NCBI GenBank assembly: GCA_039621445.1
Contig: CP154954.1
Location: forward strand, 48,711,847 to 48,775,846
Source: Euglena gracilis
Lineage: Eukaryota
DNA: 64,000 bases
Reading direction: 5' to 3'
The position numbers were made by a program, and so were the translations under genes. The first letter of the stretch is position 1. Every line of letters starts with the position of its first letter. Of this stretch, positions 1-13,430 are shown in pieces. Under the pieces are notes generated by a model. It saw only the letters and a program-made list of their open reading frames with translations. It had not been told where the DNA came from and searched no databases.

Positions 1-612
1 CATGGCTGCGCCTTTGGAAGAAATGCAGCCACCTCTACCACCAGTGCCTCCTTGCCAGGCTTTTCCTCCTGTTCTCTTTGGTGTCAAACTCCATGCCAAA
101 ACCCGGCAATGTGTTCACCCCCCCAGAGCTGACCCTGAGCCCCTTGGGTGGTGTATGAAGGGGGTTGTCCATTGAATATCCATTAGTGGGTGGGGTGGGT
201 TGGACTCCCCCCACACCAGGTTTTCTTTTTTCTTTTCAAAGCTTTCAACGGGTATCCTTCAGATGCCTTCAGTACCGAAGGAATTTGTCCTTGCGAGCTG
301 GCATACCCACCATGTGGCCCTGCCCCCCTGCCTGCCCACCAGTTGGAGGGCAGGCACAACACTTAGGGTATCCCGGTCCACTGGCTGACACGCGGCAGGG
401 CAACCCCCCCTTTCTTTTCCAGGAATTCCTGGCTGGGTGGGCCCCACGGCCGCAACCAAACCGCAGTGCCCAGTTTTCTGCACGTTCGGGTTCTCCCGCG
501 CCGAATTCGCATCAAAGTCCCCCCCCCCTGATGGTGTCGGAGTGCTGTTTCACAAACAAAAGCCTGCCCTCGGCCCGCCCCCACTGCCCGCCACCGCCCC
601 GCCCAGCAGCGG

Positions 613-3600
613 CGGCATGCAGATCCGGCTGAAGACCGAGGACTTGACGCAGCTACACACCGAAGAACGCGCAGCGGCGGTGGAGGTGGAGATGCGCGTC
701 ATCCCCAGCATTGAAGGTGCTGGCCCATGAGTTCCACTCCGCACTCCCTCTGTCTGGTTTGAGCAATCTTTGTCCAACAATCCAGTTCAAGGCAAATTCT
801 CCAATTTGACATAGTTTCGATCAAAATTTGTTTTTTCTGATTTTTGTGAACACTCATCCAAAATTTTGGGGAAAAATTACCGCCCCTGCCAAGAGCTGGC
901 TCCCCTCTTCTGTGGAGTCAGGGTTTTTTTTTAGTCTTGGACCCTGGGGGGGGGGGCAGGGGGGGTGGGTCTGGCTGAGCCCCCTCCCCCCCGGGGGGGG
1001 GGTCCCCCCAGGGGGTGGGATATACTTTTCGGCGCCAAAGGCACCGAAATTTTTTGAAAGAGGTGCCTTTTTTTAGCATTTTTGTTATTTTTTTGGCCTT
1101 TTCAGGGAAAAGTGGGTTGGGTCCCCCAACCCCCCCCCCCGGCCAGGGGGTGGGCGGGTGGGGGGGGGACCCCCCCTCCCCCCAGTCTTAAAAAAAACCC
1201 CTGGGTGGAGTGATCATGGTTGACAAAAGCAAACAGGGCATTTAGCCATTGTGCATGTATTATGTGCCCATCACATCCCTCTGTTACGGCTTACACCGAA
1301 AGGTGGCTGCCGTTTTCCCTGGGGAAAAAGACAGACTACGTGGCGATGCACACGCGGTCCCTTCTCTCTCAGTGGGCAATCCCCGGCCCGTTGCCTGGCC
1401 ATTCGCGGAGGGGGCTGGGGCCAGTGCCCCCCAGCCAGCCCCGCCCCCGCCGCCCCCGCCCCCGCCTGCCGCCCCGGCGCTGTTCAGCGGGCCACCCCCG
1501 GACACCCCAGACCAGCAGCAGTGCCACCTTCAGGTGCCAGAGCTCTCCAAATTCCCTTTGCACTGTTCAGGGAATCAACGTAATAGAAATGATCACTTGC
1601 GTTGGGAGGGGTTGGTGAGTCGCCCAGCCAGTTGGTCTGACGGGTGGGGGTTTCTGGTGATAAAACCACTCATATGTGTACAACTCATATTGCATGTGGA
1701 TGTCGTTGTTCAACAACAAAACAAACAAAACTCTTTAATTGGCTTACAAAGCCTTCCAAAACAAGCTCAAATGGTGCCAAAGCCTTCAAAAAATCACTCC
1801 AAATGAAGAGAAAAATAGGTAAAGCTTGTGGATGGCGTCGGGGCAGAGGTTTTTTTGTTTTTGGGGGTCGGGATCAAGCACCTATAGTCAAAATGGCCGA
1901 AAATGGCCGAAAATGGCCGAAAATGGCCGAAAATGGCCGAAAATGAAATTTTGGGCTCTATAGGTGGGGGTCCCGAAAATGGCCGAAAATGGCCGAAAAT
2001 GGCCGAAAATGGCCGAAAATGAGAAAAAAAACATTGCAAAAATTTTCGAGTTTTTTTTGCCCAACAGCTTTGCCCAACACCTGAGGGGCGATTTCCAGTG
2101 CGACTGATTCTTGTCTCTGTGCAGCCTCTGTTCTCCTGCCATTATGCCTGGCACTGCAACACATGCTGCTCAAAGAACCACCTCCGAAAGGGTTATTTGG
2201 GCCAAAGCTGAATGTTTTGATGACATTTCAGAAAATTTTGGTGACAAGGGCGATGCTGGCATTTTTTTTGTATTTTTTGAAGAATAAAACCTATTTTTGG
2301 GATAATTTCTCCACAAATCTCCAGTATTACGCCCATTTTGGCCATTTTTGTATCAATTTTTGCTGATTTTGGGGTATTTTGCACTGATTTGGCAAGTATT
2401 GTGCTAATTTGGGTCAATATGAGCTCATTTTATGACATTTCTGGCCATTTTGCGCCATTTCTCCCAACCTAGCAAAATGACCACAAAAACCCCAAAAATG
2501 ACCACAAAAAGCCCAGAATTGTCCACAAAAAGCCCCCAAAAGCACCCAAAATGACTTAAAATGGCTTGAAATAACCAAAAATTGCCCAAAAAAGCCAACA
2601 ATGTCCACAAAAAATATGAAAAATAACCCAAATCACCAAAATGAGCCAATGGATGAAGACATTAGGCAAGACACAAATATTGGACGAGATGAATTGAATG
2701 GAGATACTGGACAAGATGCAATGGATTACCACCTGTCGGAGCCCGCATCGTTGAGGACCCAGAGGAGGAGGTCCACACCCAGGAGCAGCACGGCACACTG
2801 CATCGTTCCCATTTACGTCCGCTACGTTCCCGGTCCCCTTCTCGGTCCCCCTCACTCCCGGGCCCACATTCCCTGCCCCTGGACTGGCAACCACTCCCCA
2901 CAGCTCTCCGGGACCCCACCGTCCCTCGCTCTCTGGGTACCCCCACCCCAAGAAGACCAAGGACCCGAAGCCCGAAACCCGAAGCTATGAAACCCATTAG
3001 ATCCTCCTGCACTGGGAGTGCGCAGCGCACCCTCTCTGTTTCTCCCTACAATCCTCCAATCACCCCCTCGACGCTCTACACATCATACAGGAGCAGCTCG
3101 ACGGCTTGCGGCTGACCATCTATGCAGCTGCCGATCCCGAGCAAGGATATCAACGCCATTCTTGGGACCCATCCGAGGGTCCAAACCGCCGGCGGCGGAG
3201 TCGTTCATCGCGGCAGAGGCAGCCAAAGCAGTCCGCCTCCCACCTACATACACCCCACCAGCTCATCGCCTTCGCCCCCAACCTACGCGGAGGCGGTGCA
3301 GTTGCCGCCACCATCGTCATCATCGTAGCAGCTGGTGCAGCCCAAGCAACGCCAACAACGCCAACAAGGAGGCCCATGCCGCGCGGAGCAACAGGTGTCC
3401 CGAACCCCGGCTCATTCGGGCTGGTATCCCGAGCCCCGCAGGCCCGGCCGGTTGCGGGTGGGCGAGCATCCCGTGCGGAGCCTCTCCCCAAACCCGGCCA
3501 GGTGCCCTCCCTCTCCTCCCTTCCTCCCTGCCCTCCTATTCCCCCGGTCCTCTCCAACAGAAAAAATGGATGCAGATACTGAACAAGATGCAGATGCTGG

Positions 3601-5728
3601 ACAAGATGTATATGCTGCAGAAATTGGGCAATCGGGTGAGCGCATTTGATGTCAATATTTCAACATTATGTGCTGATCACATGTTTGCTTGCTTTTGCTC
3701 TGAGCTCAAGCCGAGCGCACTTTCTTCCAACTTTGCCACATCCAGACGGATGATCATCTCATCATGATAGATGAAATTTAACATCAAGGCTTCTTTGAAG
3801 TGATCGATTTGTGCCATTTAGATTTTTCACGATATTGCAACCAATTTTTTTTGACCTCTTTAATCCCTGAGCACCCATTCCAAACGGACCTCTTTGGATG
3901 TGTTGGCTTGATTTGTTGCTCACAACTACTTTTACGTTGCATGAATGATCAAATGCATTTTTGGTATGAAAGGATTTTAAGGTAATTTTACCCCCCACCT
4001 ATGGAAAAAATGGCCGAAAATGGCCGAAAATGGCCGAAAATGGCCGAAAATGGCAAAAATCGGGGTGTCAACTATAGGTGCTTGGTCGGGATCCACCTAC
4101 CCAGGGGGGGGCTTGGGGGACCACTTTTGGGGTCAATTTCGGGGTCCAAAAGTTCTTCGGTGTACGGTGCCCACTTTGCCCAACCCCCGACCCGGGGTTG
4201 CAGGGTATTCAGACTGATCTGCATGGTGTGCGCAGTTACAACTCTGCACCCAAAATCTGAATTTCGAAATTGAAATCTTCCCAAATTTTCTTTTTCTGAA
4301 GTATTATTTTCCTGTCATTTTTACGTTCCACGATCTTTGTTCAGGCTTTAAAATGCTTTGAAGATGAACGCCTGTGCAAGCTTTTCCATTGATTTGTTTG
4401 TTTGCCCCTGATCTATCAGTCGAATATTTGACAACAATGGTAATAAATTTTGCTTTTGCACAAGGGGTGTTGCAAAAAATTCTTGTTTTCATTTGTGGGA
4501 TTTCATTTTTCAGACCAGCCTGATGAAAAACATGAAAGTCACATTGGATCCAGGCTTTTGCTTAAGGACCCCCGGGTACTGGCTAGCCAATCGGCTAGAC
4601 ACTGGAAAAAATGGACTAGCTAGACCCCCCTCCCCCGGGGGGGGGGGGGGTCCGGGGGTCCCCCCAACTGGAATTTTTTTCCTCCAGTTTTTTTTCCTTT
4701 TTTTCCTCCAGCGCTGCGCGCCGAGGTGGAAATGAGGTTTTTAATAGGTTTTTGGCTGATTTTGTTCCAAAAATTCCCAAAAAAAGTTTCTGGTGCTTCG
4801 CGCCGGGCACTGGAAAAAATTTTCCACTAGCTAGCCCTGCCAGCAGACCCCCCCGGGGGGGGTCTGCTAGAAATCCCACTAGCCAAATTTGGACTAGCTG
4901 CAGTCCAGCCCCCCCCCCCCCCGGGGCACTGCAATCCCTTAAGCAAAAGCCTGATTGGATCGTTGTGAGTTTGGTGAGTAAATTGCTCGAAAATGTGCTC
5001 ATGTTTGTGGCAATGGTGACCAATCATCAGTAGTTGTTTGCCATAATTACCTGATTGAGAGCGTCCTATTGCGTGTCTTTTTTGTCCCTTTTCACACATT
5101 CCATCCTGGAAGGGAAGTTAAACCTGTTGGCTCAGGGCTGGCTGACGCGGCTTTACCAGTCAAATCGGCGTGACATTTTGGTTCCATCGTATGCCCTTTG
5201 TGACTCAGGATCAGATCCTGCAGCTGCAGCAGTTTGCTGTTTCGTTCAAGTGCCATCGCCGTCAATCCCCCCAATGTCGAACAATTTATATTTATATGTT
5301 TATATCTCCACAGAAAATATTCCACACTAGGTGGGCTAACATTTGGCAAGACAGTGCGCGCCAAGTTCAGCATCCTGACATCTGAGACCCAAGCCCACTA
5401 CAATCGCTCAGTCATTTAACCCCCCCTGAATAGAAACCCCTGGGGGCAACTATTCGGAACGTTGGTTGAAAACCGAGGGGGGGCTTCTATTCGGGGGGGG
5501 GGGGGGGCACTATTCGGAAAAGTGGTCGAAAACCAGTGGGTTCGAGAATTATCGAAGAAATTTCTTCGTGGGTCTACATGCCCAACCTTCCAAACCATGT
5601 CAAATCTGCTGCAAATGTTACTCTTGTGAATGCATGATCATTAAACGTAAAATCATCCAACCCTCATTTAGAGGTATTGCAAAAACTGGAGCCCTGCACT
5701 AGACATTTACCCCCACCCCGCACACCCC

Positions 5729-5759
<31 letters not shown>

Positions 5760-7782
5760 CACACTTGACCAGTGTAGGCTCCAGTTTTTGCAATATATGC
5801 TCATTTTACCAATTGCTGAAGAAGCCAAAGCCAAAGCATTTGCCGTCTCAATTGACAGACAACCCACAGGGAGCGGTCTACTATTCGGGGGGGGGGGGCA
5901 CTATTCGGAACGTTGGTCGAAAACTGAGGGAGGGGGACAATTGGGGGGGAGGGGGCGTCTATTCAGGGGGGGTAGTCACTGGCAGACCCCCAGGGTTTGT
6001 GACTGTTTTTTTCAGAGTGATTGAGTGGTTGTTGGCCCAGACCTCCTCCCCCCTTGGGGGTGGTCTGCAAAAAAAAATGAAAGTAAATACCCAGTGCTGA
6101 AGGCGACAAAAAAACCTTTTTGCCATTTGTTTTTTTTTGTTTTTTTTTACGTTTGTGGTCAATTCCCCCTTGGGATTCAGAGTGGCCACCCCCCCCCCCA
6201 CCAGGTAGTGGGTAGTGACTGACTGGTTTTTGGAAGTGTGGAACTGACCCTAGGGCGGTAAAAATTGCATGGAACCCGTGACAAAATGCTGGTGGTCAAC
6301 CGTTTGATCGCCCCAGCCAACCGTCCAGCCAAACCCAACGTTGGCCCCCGAAACGTTCCGCTCACCCCTGCGCGGTGGCGTTTGCCCCCGTTCCATGTCG
6401 GCGCGGAGGAGAAGTCGCTGGAGGAGCTGGCGAAGGGGGCGGAGGACCTCCAGCGGCTTCAGCAGCTCGAGCAGCTCCAGCAGGAGGAGGCCTCGGCGAG
6501 GACCGCCCAGGGCGTGCCTGCCGCGGAGGCCCCGACCCACCGAGCAGCGCAGGGCGGGCCCGCTGGCTGTGTTGCGGCCCGCGAGGGGTTGATCCAGCCG
6601 CAGCGGTTTGATCCTCTCAAATAAAATTTTGCTGTCCACATTTTTGTCCCAATTTGATTCAATTTAATTGATCGGGTCACAGCATTGGCATCGGCATTAG
6701 TATTAACGTACAGCATTGCTGCGTGTTTCTGGTTTTTTGCCTCCTTGTTTTTGTTTTGGCCCGAGGCAATGCGTTTGCAGCCATCGTGCGGAAGGGTCTG
6801 TGCGACGGTTCCCGGCGATGTGCCGGCTTCCCTCCATTCCTTGGCGTCCGGCGCCGCCCTGCGGTGGTCCCAGTGTGCCTTGCACTTTCGCTTCCGCTGC
6901 GGCCCCTTCCTGCAGCAAGGTGCCGATGGGCAGTGGCGCTGCCTCCCCCGCTTCGCCTGCCAGTACTCCTCCCCGCTGGTGTGCAGGGGCCCCCTTCCCG
7001 CTGAGCTGTTGGAGCCCCACTCCTGTGATGACGTCCCAAACATCCCACGCACATCCCTTTCCCAAATGGCGACCACATCTGTTCCCCAATAGAAAGCATT
7101 TTTAGATTTTTAGAATAGAAGCGTTTTTAGATCGAAGTAGGACGAGAAGTTGATGCCCTTGTGGTGCCCTTTCACAGCTAGTTGTTGCTGTTTTTTGAAA
7201 AGGGGACAGTTACAAAAGAAAATGGCAGCTGACCATCCCTGTGGGCCAGGATCTGAAGTCAAGCTGTTTGGGGACGAGTTCAACAAGCCGGCCGCCACTC
7301 CCTTGTGTGATGTATGCCAACCCATCCATCCTCAGCTCTACCACCCCGTCACAGATACCAGCGGTGGCCGCCCCCAGCGTGGAGGTTCCCAGCAGCATGC
7401 CTCCCGCGGAGCCTCAGCCTGCCCAACGCGGGCGCAGTGCCTCTGTGCAGTCCCTCCTTTGGCCGTTTGCAACAGAAATCTGCCGCGTCAGGCTGAAAGG
7501 CTTGCGGCAGTCTTTACGCTGCAACTGAAAAGCTGAGTGCCTCGGTTGGCTGGCTTTGGCATGGCATGGTGATGAATGGGAGGGGCTGGGCCCAGCTCCA
7601 GTAGCTCCAGCAGTAGCTCCAGCAGCCGACACAGCGACAGCACGCGCGCCCCAACTCCGGAGCCGGAGAATGCAAACGTCAACTGGCACGATATTAACGT
7701 TGGGCCTGCAGGCTATGGTCGGAGGCTGCTGCGGAAAGGGTGTGCTGAGTTTAAAGATTCCCTGCAGGGGGATCCTGCATAA
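613..7782 (+). CDS. Multi-exon gene of unknown function (probably 5'-truncated; exon structure only partly resolved)
   Basis: GC3-rich exon-like islands: ~613-716 (GMQIRLKTEDLTQLHTEERAAAVEVEMRVIPSIE|gt), ~1335-1355 (DYVAMHTR), ~6397-6552 (EEKSLEELAKGAEDLQRLQQLEQLQQEEA, coiled-coil like), ~6835-6990 (ALRWSQCALHFRFRCGPF...), ~7258-7310, possible last exon ending TAA at 7782. No family recognised; joining them into one gene is inference. Confidence 0.4.
919..1203. mobile_element. hAT-type MITE
   Basis: Ends CAGGGTTTTTTT...AAAAAAACCCCTG; flanks TGTGGAGT (911-918) / GGTGGAGT (1204-1211), 7/8 TSD match. Confidence 0.75.
1875..4084. mobile_element. Non-autonomous hAT-type DNA transposon, 2.2 kb
   Basis: Perfect 14-bp TIR CAAGCACCTATAGT...ACTATAGGTGCTTG; perfect 8-bp TSD GTCGGGAT (1867-1874, 4085-4092); subterminal (GAAAATGGCC)n arrays at ~1890-1945, ~1975-2020 and ~4006-4055. 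Confidence 0.9.
4566..4938. mobile_element. TTAA-flanked repeat element (GG...CC ends, possibly Kolobok-like)
   Basis: TTAA on both sides; a related copy in opposite orientation starts at ~28291 and resumes at ~29288 after a nested insertion. TIRs are weak. Confidence 0.45.
5973..6270. repeat. Dispersed repeat family (GTGACTGACTGGTTTT motifs)
   Basis: Homologous copies at ~15908-16356, ~46431-46732 and ~57280-57972. Confidence 0.7.
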
Positions 7783-9949
7783 TCCTGCATAGGTCTGTCT
7801 TTATAAATTCCTAAAACAGCAAAAGAATGCCCAACCATAATGGGTTTCAGAAGGTCAGGAAAAACATTTTTCTGTTTCGCTTGATTGGTATTCTGTTAGG
7901 TGAGGAAATTGTTTTTCAGTCATCCCACTTTTTCCTTGAAAATTTAATCAAAGAATTTTGAAGTTGAATTTTGGTACATCTCAAACCAATTTGTGTCTTT
8001 GGTATGGAGTGTCAGAGAACTTTTTGGCACCATTTTCACGAAATATTCATCATCCTCATCAGCATTTTCCTGTTTTGAATTATTTCCACGATAACCCTTC
8101 AGGGTCGATACATTTTCCACCTATTAAAGTTGGCTGAAATGCATTTTGTCAAGCTCCATCTTGTCTGGCAGCGCATTTTTGAAGTGCCGCTGAAAAGAAT
8201 GGGCTGATGGCTTTTTTTTTTGATTCACAAAAGGCGATTTGCAAACTCTGAAAAAAAAAGATGTTTACAACCGCCAAAAATCAAGCCCTCACTGGGGCCT
8301 AAAACTGACCCCCTCCCCCGGGGGGGGTGCCTGCTTTGCCAGAAGCGAAGTTAGTGGCGGCAATAAACAGGCAAGAAGCCTCAGTGCAGCCTAAGGGGGC
8401 TTTGGGCAGGCACCACATTGCACAAGGTGCCCCCCTGGGCTTGACAGAAACGGATCTTTGGCTTTCACATATGCAAAAATGGCCAGAAATTGCAAAAATG
8501 GGTCGGATTTGGGCTGGCCAGGGCAAATTTTGGGTCAAAAAACCCGTGTTTTTTTACACCCCTGGCAGTTTTTTTGGGCTTTTTTGGAGTTTCAATGTTT
8601 TGATCCCTGGTTCGACTCCCAGTCTGGCCCAGTTCCAGCCCGGGGGACCCCGATGGGGGGGTTAGCCAGCAGCCTTATTCCAGCCAGCCCAAATTTTCCA
8701 GCTTCTGACCTGGACCCCCCCCCTCCCCTCATTAAGCAATGCCCTGGTCTCAGGCCCAACCCCCATACATTCTGAGAGCATAATTGGGAAAACGGTTGCG
8801 TCATCTTTTGCTTCCTTGTGGTTTTGTGTGGCGTTTGTAATTTTGGGAACTTTGAAAATTTTCAAAAAAAAACTTGTTGGAAAAGCTCTAAGGTTGAACC
8901 TGCCTCTGGGGTAGGGGTTTTCTTAAGCTGTAGGGGGCTTTGCTTCCTGGGGGGGTCCAGTCAGCCATCACTTTTTTTTTTTCAAGCCAGCACCTCCCAG
9001 CCAGGCTGTGGACCCCCCCCCAGGGGTCCGCTGAAACAAAGTTTGGGCCAGCCCAGCAAAGCCAGCCTGGCAGAAAATTTTTGAAGAAAGGGGTCAAAAA
9101 ATGGCCAAAAATGGCATTTTTTGGGTGCTTTTTGGGGTTTCACCTGAATTTGGCTGAAAAATGCCAACCCAACTGTATTTCGGCTTTTTCGGGTGTTTTT
9201 TTGGGTACCCACCGGGTCCAGCTCCCAGCCGGCCGGACCCACCCCCCACTCACCACTCACCTGACAACTGCGCCAGAAGCGAAGTTAGAGCCAGCCATGT
9301 ACCGAAACGAACCATTAGTGCAACTAAGGGAGCCCAGCCAGCACCTTTTTCCAGCCGGCCCGCGGACCCCCCCCCCCCGGGATCCTTAAGAAAACCCCTG
9401 CTTGGGGTAAGCCAGAGTCACAAAAGCAGGTTGGTTGTAATTACTTCGTGATTTATCGTTCCATGGAATTTCTCGTGAGAACTTTTTGTTGAGAAACTGA
9501 AACAACTGAGAACCGGGTTCACTTTCGTTTTCATCATTCGGAAGAATGGGAAAATAACACGATGCTCGCCACTTGGAAAACGGGATTGGGACACGATTTC
9601 ATTGTCATGAATACCGTCATGTTTACAAACACGTTTTCCAAGGCATGGTGTGGCCTGAACACGTTTTTGATTAATGTTGAAACCGTGTCTGGGAACTCCA
9701 GCTTCACGCGCCAACTGCGCCAACTGGCGTCCGGGACGGCTCTGAGTTTTCACGAAATGTAATTTCACGAACAATGAACAGTGATACATACTTTCATTGC
9801 CATATTATGTAATTGCATTGAGCGAAAAGTGATATATTTTTGTGAAAGCAAAAAACACGGCAGTAAAAACCAGAAGCCTGCTCACTGTTCGTCGCGAAGC
9901 AGCCGGGAGGCCCCCCCATGGATGCCAAACTTCTCTGAAAGGGGGAGAA

Positions 9950-10970
9950 ACAACGGGCCCAAAACGGTTACACCAAACTGGCCCCAAGATGTGCCATCAA
10001 ACCGTTCCACCACCCCAAGGTGTGGCATCAAACTGTCCCAAAGTTGTTGCACAAAACTGGCTCCAAGTTGTGGCACCAAACTACGGCATCAAACTGGCCC
10101 AGAACTGTGGCACCAAACTGGTCCCCACTTGTGACACCAAACTGGACCAAATTGTGGCCCCAAGATGTGACATCAAAATGTGGATCCCGAACTGCGGCTC
10201 CAAGCTGGCCCTGAGATCTAGCACCAAACTGGCCCAAAAATGTTGCCCTGAGCTAGAACAGATTTGGGGATGACAATCCCCTTTTCCCTAGGGGTCAGCT
10301 TCGCTCTTACCCTAAAGAGATAAGAACTCGGCGACCCCCATATACGACCCCCCCCCTGGGATTTTGGCTCCGGGGGGGTCTCATATGGGGGGGGGGGATC
10401 AAACCAAAGTCGCTGCCGGCTGAACGGACAGAATTAAAAGGCGTCGTGACCGAAGGCATACCCGGCCCAGGGTTCGAGCCAGAGGGTTTTGGACAGGACC
10501 CTCTAAAATATAAAACAGGCACCACCTGTGTCACAAAACTTGCCCGAGATGGGGCACAAAACTGCCCACAAGCTGGGGCACCAAACTCGCCCCAAACTGT
10601 GGGTGACCAACCTGTGGCACCAAAATGTTGCCCCCACCTGTTGCACCAAACTGGCCCCAAAATCAAAGTGGACACAAAATGTTTCCCCCATCTGTGGCCA
10701 AGATCTGTGGCCCACAGCTGTGCCCAAGATGTGCCAGCAATGGCCAAGATTTGTGGCCCAGTAAAATGTGCCAGGAAATTGGAGCCAAAATGCTTCCCCC
10801 AACCATGGCCAAGATGTGTGGTATCAAAATGTTGCCCCAAGCTGTGGCACAAAACTGCCCCAAGATGTGCACCAAAATGTCCCCAAAATGGTGATGTGCA
10901 CCAAGATGTGCACCAAAATGTTTCCCCATCTGTGGCCAAGAGGTGGCCTCCAAGATGCGGCACCAAAATG
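9950..10970. repeat. Degenerate ~10-11 nt tandem array (CACCAAACTGG / CCCAAGATGTG-like units)
   Basis: Repeated short units seen directly; interrupted at ~10270-10520 by other repeats. Confidence 0.7.
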
Positions 10971-11229
10971 GGGGAGGGGGGTGAATGTTTCAGTTGCTGG
11001 GTTGACAAAAAAAAACTGTTTGAAAGAGTTTTTCTCAGATCTCAGGGCAAGGCAAAACGCAAAGGAGGCAAAGGTACCAATAACTTCTGCAGCACATCAC
11101 GAGGCAACATGGCAGGTGAACATTGGAATTTGGAATTTGCGAAAAGGGTCGGAACATGCGATCGGCGATTTTCTGAGCGCTGTGCAGTGTGGCTGAAGCT
11201 CAAGCGAAAGGGCTTGGGGAGAGCTTCGA

Positions 11230-13430
11230 TATTTGGGGTCCTCTAACAGTTGAGCAACTAAAGGGATTTGCCCCCCCAAAACGGGTGGGTAACATACCCT
11301 CACCCCCCCCCTCAAAGTGGCCGCCCTCTAGGGACTGCGGGACCCCAAAATGGCCACTCTCGAGGGGGGGGGGGCACTTTGGGGGCCCCCAAAGTGCTCC
11401 CCCATGGCGAATTTTGGCCTTCGGCGCCAAAGGCACGGAAGTAAAATGGCCACTTTGAGTGGGGGTAAACCAAAACTTGCCAAAAAATTTGGCCACTTTG
11501 GGAGGGGGGACACTTTGAGGGGGGGGTGAGGGTAACGATTTTTGTTATTTTCGGGCCCTCGAACAGTTGAGCAACAAAAGGGATTTGCCCCCCAAAATGG
11601 GTTTGAAACACAATGGATTGCCCCCCAAAACGACTTGGCAACACAAGGGATTTTTTTATTTTGGGGCCCTCGAACAGTTGAGCAACAAAAGGGATTTGCC
11701 CCTGACCTCTACCTCTACCTCCATCCAGCCCTGCCTAGGAACAGAAGGGATTTTGTTATTTGGGGCCCTCGAACAGTTAATCAACAAAAGGGAATTGCCA
11801 CAAAACCAGTTTGTTGCCAAGTTGTTTTGGGGGGGAAATCCCTTGTGTTGCTCAACTGTTTGAGGGCCCCAAAATAACAAAATCCCTCGTGATGCCAAGC
11901 CGTTTTGGGAGGAAGTCCTCTACTTCTATCTGACCCACCTCTACCTCTACCTCTACCTCTACCTCTACCTCTACCTCTATGTCACCTCTATGTCCATAAA
12001 ATGTCATAAACTGGCACCAATAAGGGCCACAAAACGCTCCAAATGCCTCAAATTTGGCAAACTAGCATCTCAAAGCATCTCACTTAGGTTAGGAACGAGA
12101 AAAAATATCCGGGATGGGTGGTTTCAAAATTGCCATGAGAGGTTTGTGACAAGAATGGCCAATTTCTGACTTTTCCATAAATTGCCTTCGTTCAGCACAC
12201 ATTTTCTTTTGATAAGCCACTTTCCTCAAAAGTTTGGCATTGAGGTGACATAGAGGGATAGTAGAGGTAGAGGTGACCTCTACCTCTACCTCTACCTCTA
12301 CCTCTACCTCTACGTCTACCTCTATCCCTCTACGGTACCTCTATCCAGCCCTGTCCTAGGTCGTTTTGGGGGGCAAATCTCTTGCGTTGCTCAACTGTAC
12401 CAGGGCCCCAAATAACAAAATCCCTTGTGTTGCCGAGTCGTTTTGGGGGGCATAGTAGTATTTCTTCTTTCTGTTTTCTTTGTATTTGGTCAAAAAAAAA
12501 AAATTCTCGAATTTTTCGAAAAAATTCGAAAGATCCAAGAGCCTTGTTTTTGGACCCAAATGGTACGCAAATTTATTACCCCCCCCCCTAAATGACCCCC
12601 CCCCCTAGATGACCCCCCTGGGGGGGTCATCTGGGGGGGGTCATAGAGCAGAGCAATTTTTCAAGTGGGAAAAGTATCCCCCCCCCCTAAATGACCCCCC
12701 CCCCTAGATGACCCTTTGGGGGGTCCTGAAGCAACATTAATAGGGTCATTTAGGGGGGGGGGGTGGTAGAGGAAAGGGGCACAGGATGGCACAGGTACCG
12801 GGGGCAGCCAAAAGTCGCATGGCATTAAACGTCAACCGGTTTTAACCCGTGTGTTTTTATGTCGCCCCCCACCCCTCCACCCGTCAGGCTTAATCCCGCC
12901 CCCTCCCCCGGAGGGGTACGACCGGATTTATCCCGACCCTGCTATATTCCCCCCCCCCGCCCTTGCGGCGAAAGTGAGTCGATTTTTTTTGCGTAAAAAA
13001 ACAACGGCACAGAAGGCTGCGGCAGGGCACGCAGTGCTCGGCGTTCACTACAGTTGGGAACTGAATGCTCTACCGCGCACATTCGGTGAGCCCACGCAGA
13101 AGCCTGATTTGAGCATTTACCCAAGGTGCGCCCATGGCCTCTGCAAAAAAAAAACAAGCAAGCCTGAACAAAGGCCGCCTGGAAAAGAAAAGGTTTTGTT
13201 TCAAGGCAAATCCCTTTTGTTTCAAACCCTTTTTGGGGGGCAAACCCCTTTTGTTGCTCAACTGTTCAAAGGGCCCCAAAATAACAAAATCGCTTTTGTT
13301 ACCCACCCCTTTTGGGGGGCAAATCCCTTGTCTTGCTTAACTGTTCGAGGGCCCTAAAATAACAAAATCCCTTGTGTTGCCAAGTCGTTTTGTTGTGTTT
13401 CAACCCCGTTTTGGGGGGCAACCGTTTTGG
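11230..13430. repeat. Foldback-like repeat cluster (GGGCCCTCGAACAGTTGAGCAACAAAAGGGATTTGCCCCCCAAAA units) with nested insertions
   Basis: Four forward units at 11230-11800 and about four reverse units at 11810-13430. Nested items: TA-flanked MITEs (11297-11532, ~12579-12766) and a (CTCTAC)n-ended insert (~11934-12353). Confidence 0.7.
11297..11532. mobile_element. Tc1/mariner-type MITE (TA TSD)
   Basis: TA|CCCTCACCCCCCCCCTCAAAGTG...CACTTTGAGGGGGGGGTGAGGG|TA. Confidence 0.8.

Noticed and set aside
1890-2020. (GAAAATGGCC)n array as CRISPR-like or telomeric repeat
   Set aside because: No spacers; these are subterminal repeats of the hAT element 1875-4084.
10450-10482. GGGTTCGAGCC B-box as a tRNA gene
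   Set aside because: No A box or cloverleaf.
10446-11246. 266-aa Cys/Pro/Lys-rich ORF
   Set aside because: It arises from a degenerate short tandem array that is open in several frames.
11230-13430. ~45-bp repeats with variable spacing as a CRISPR array
   Set aside because: Both orientations, irregular spacing caused by nested MITEs, eukaryotic context and no cas genes.
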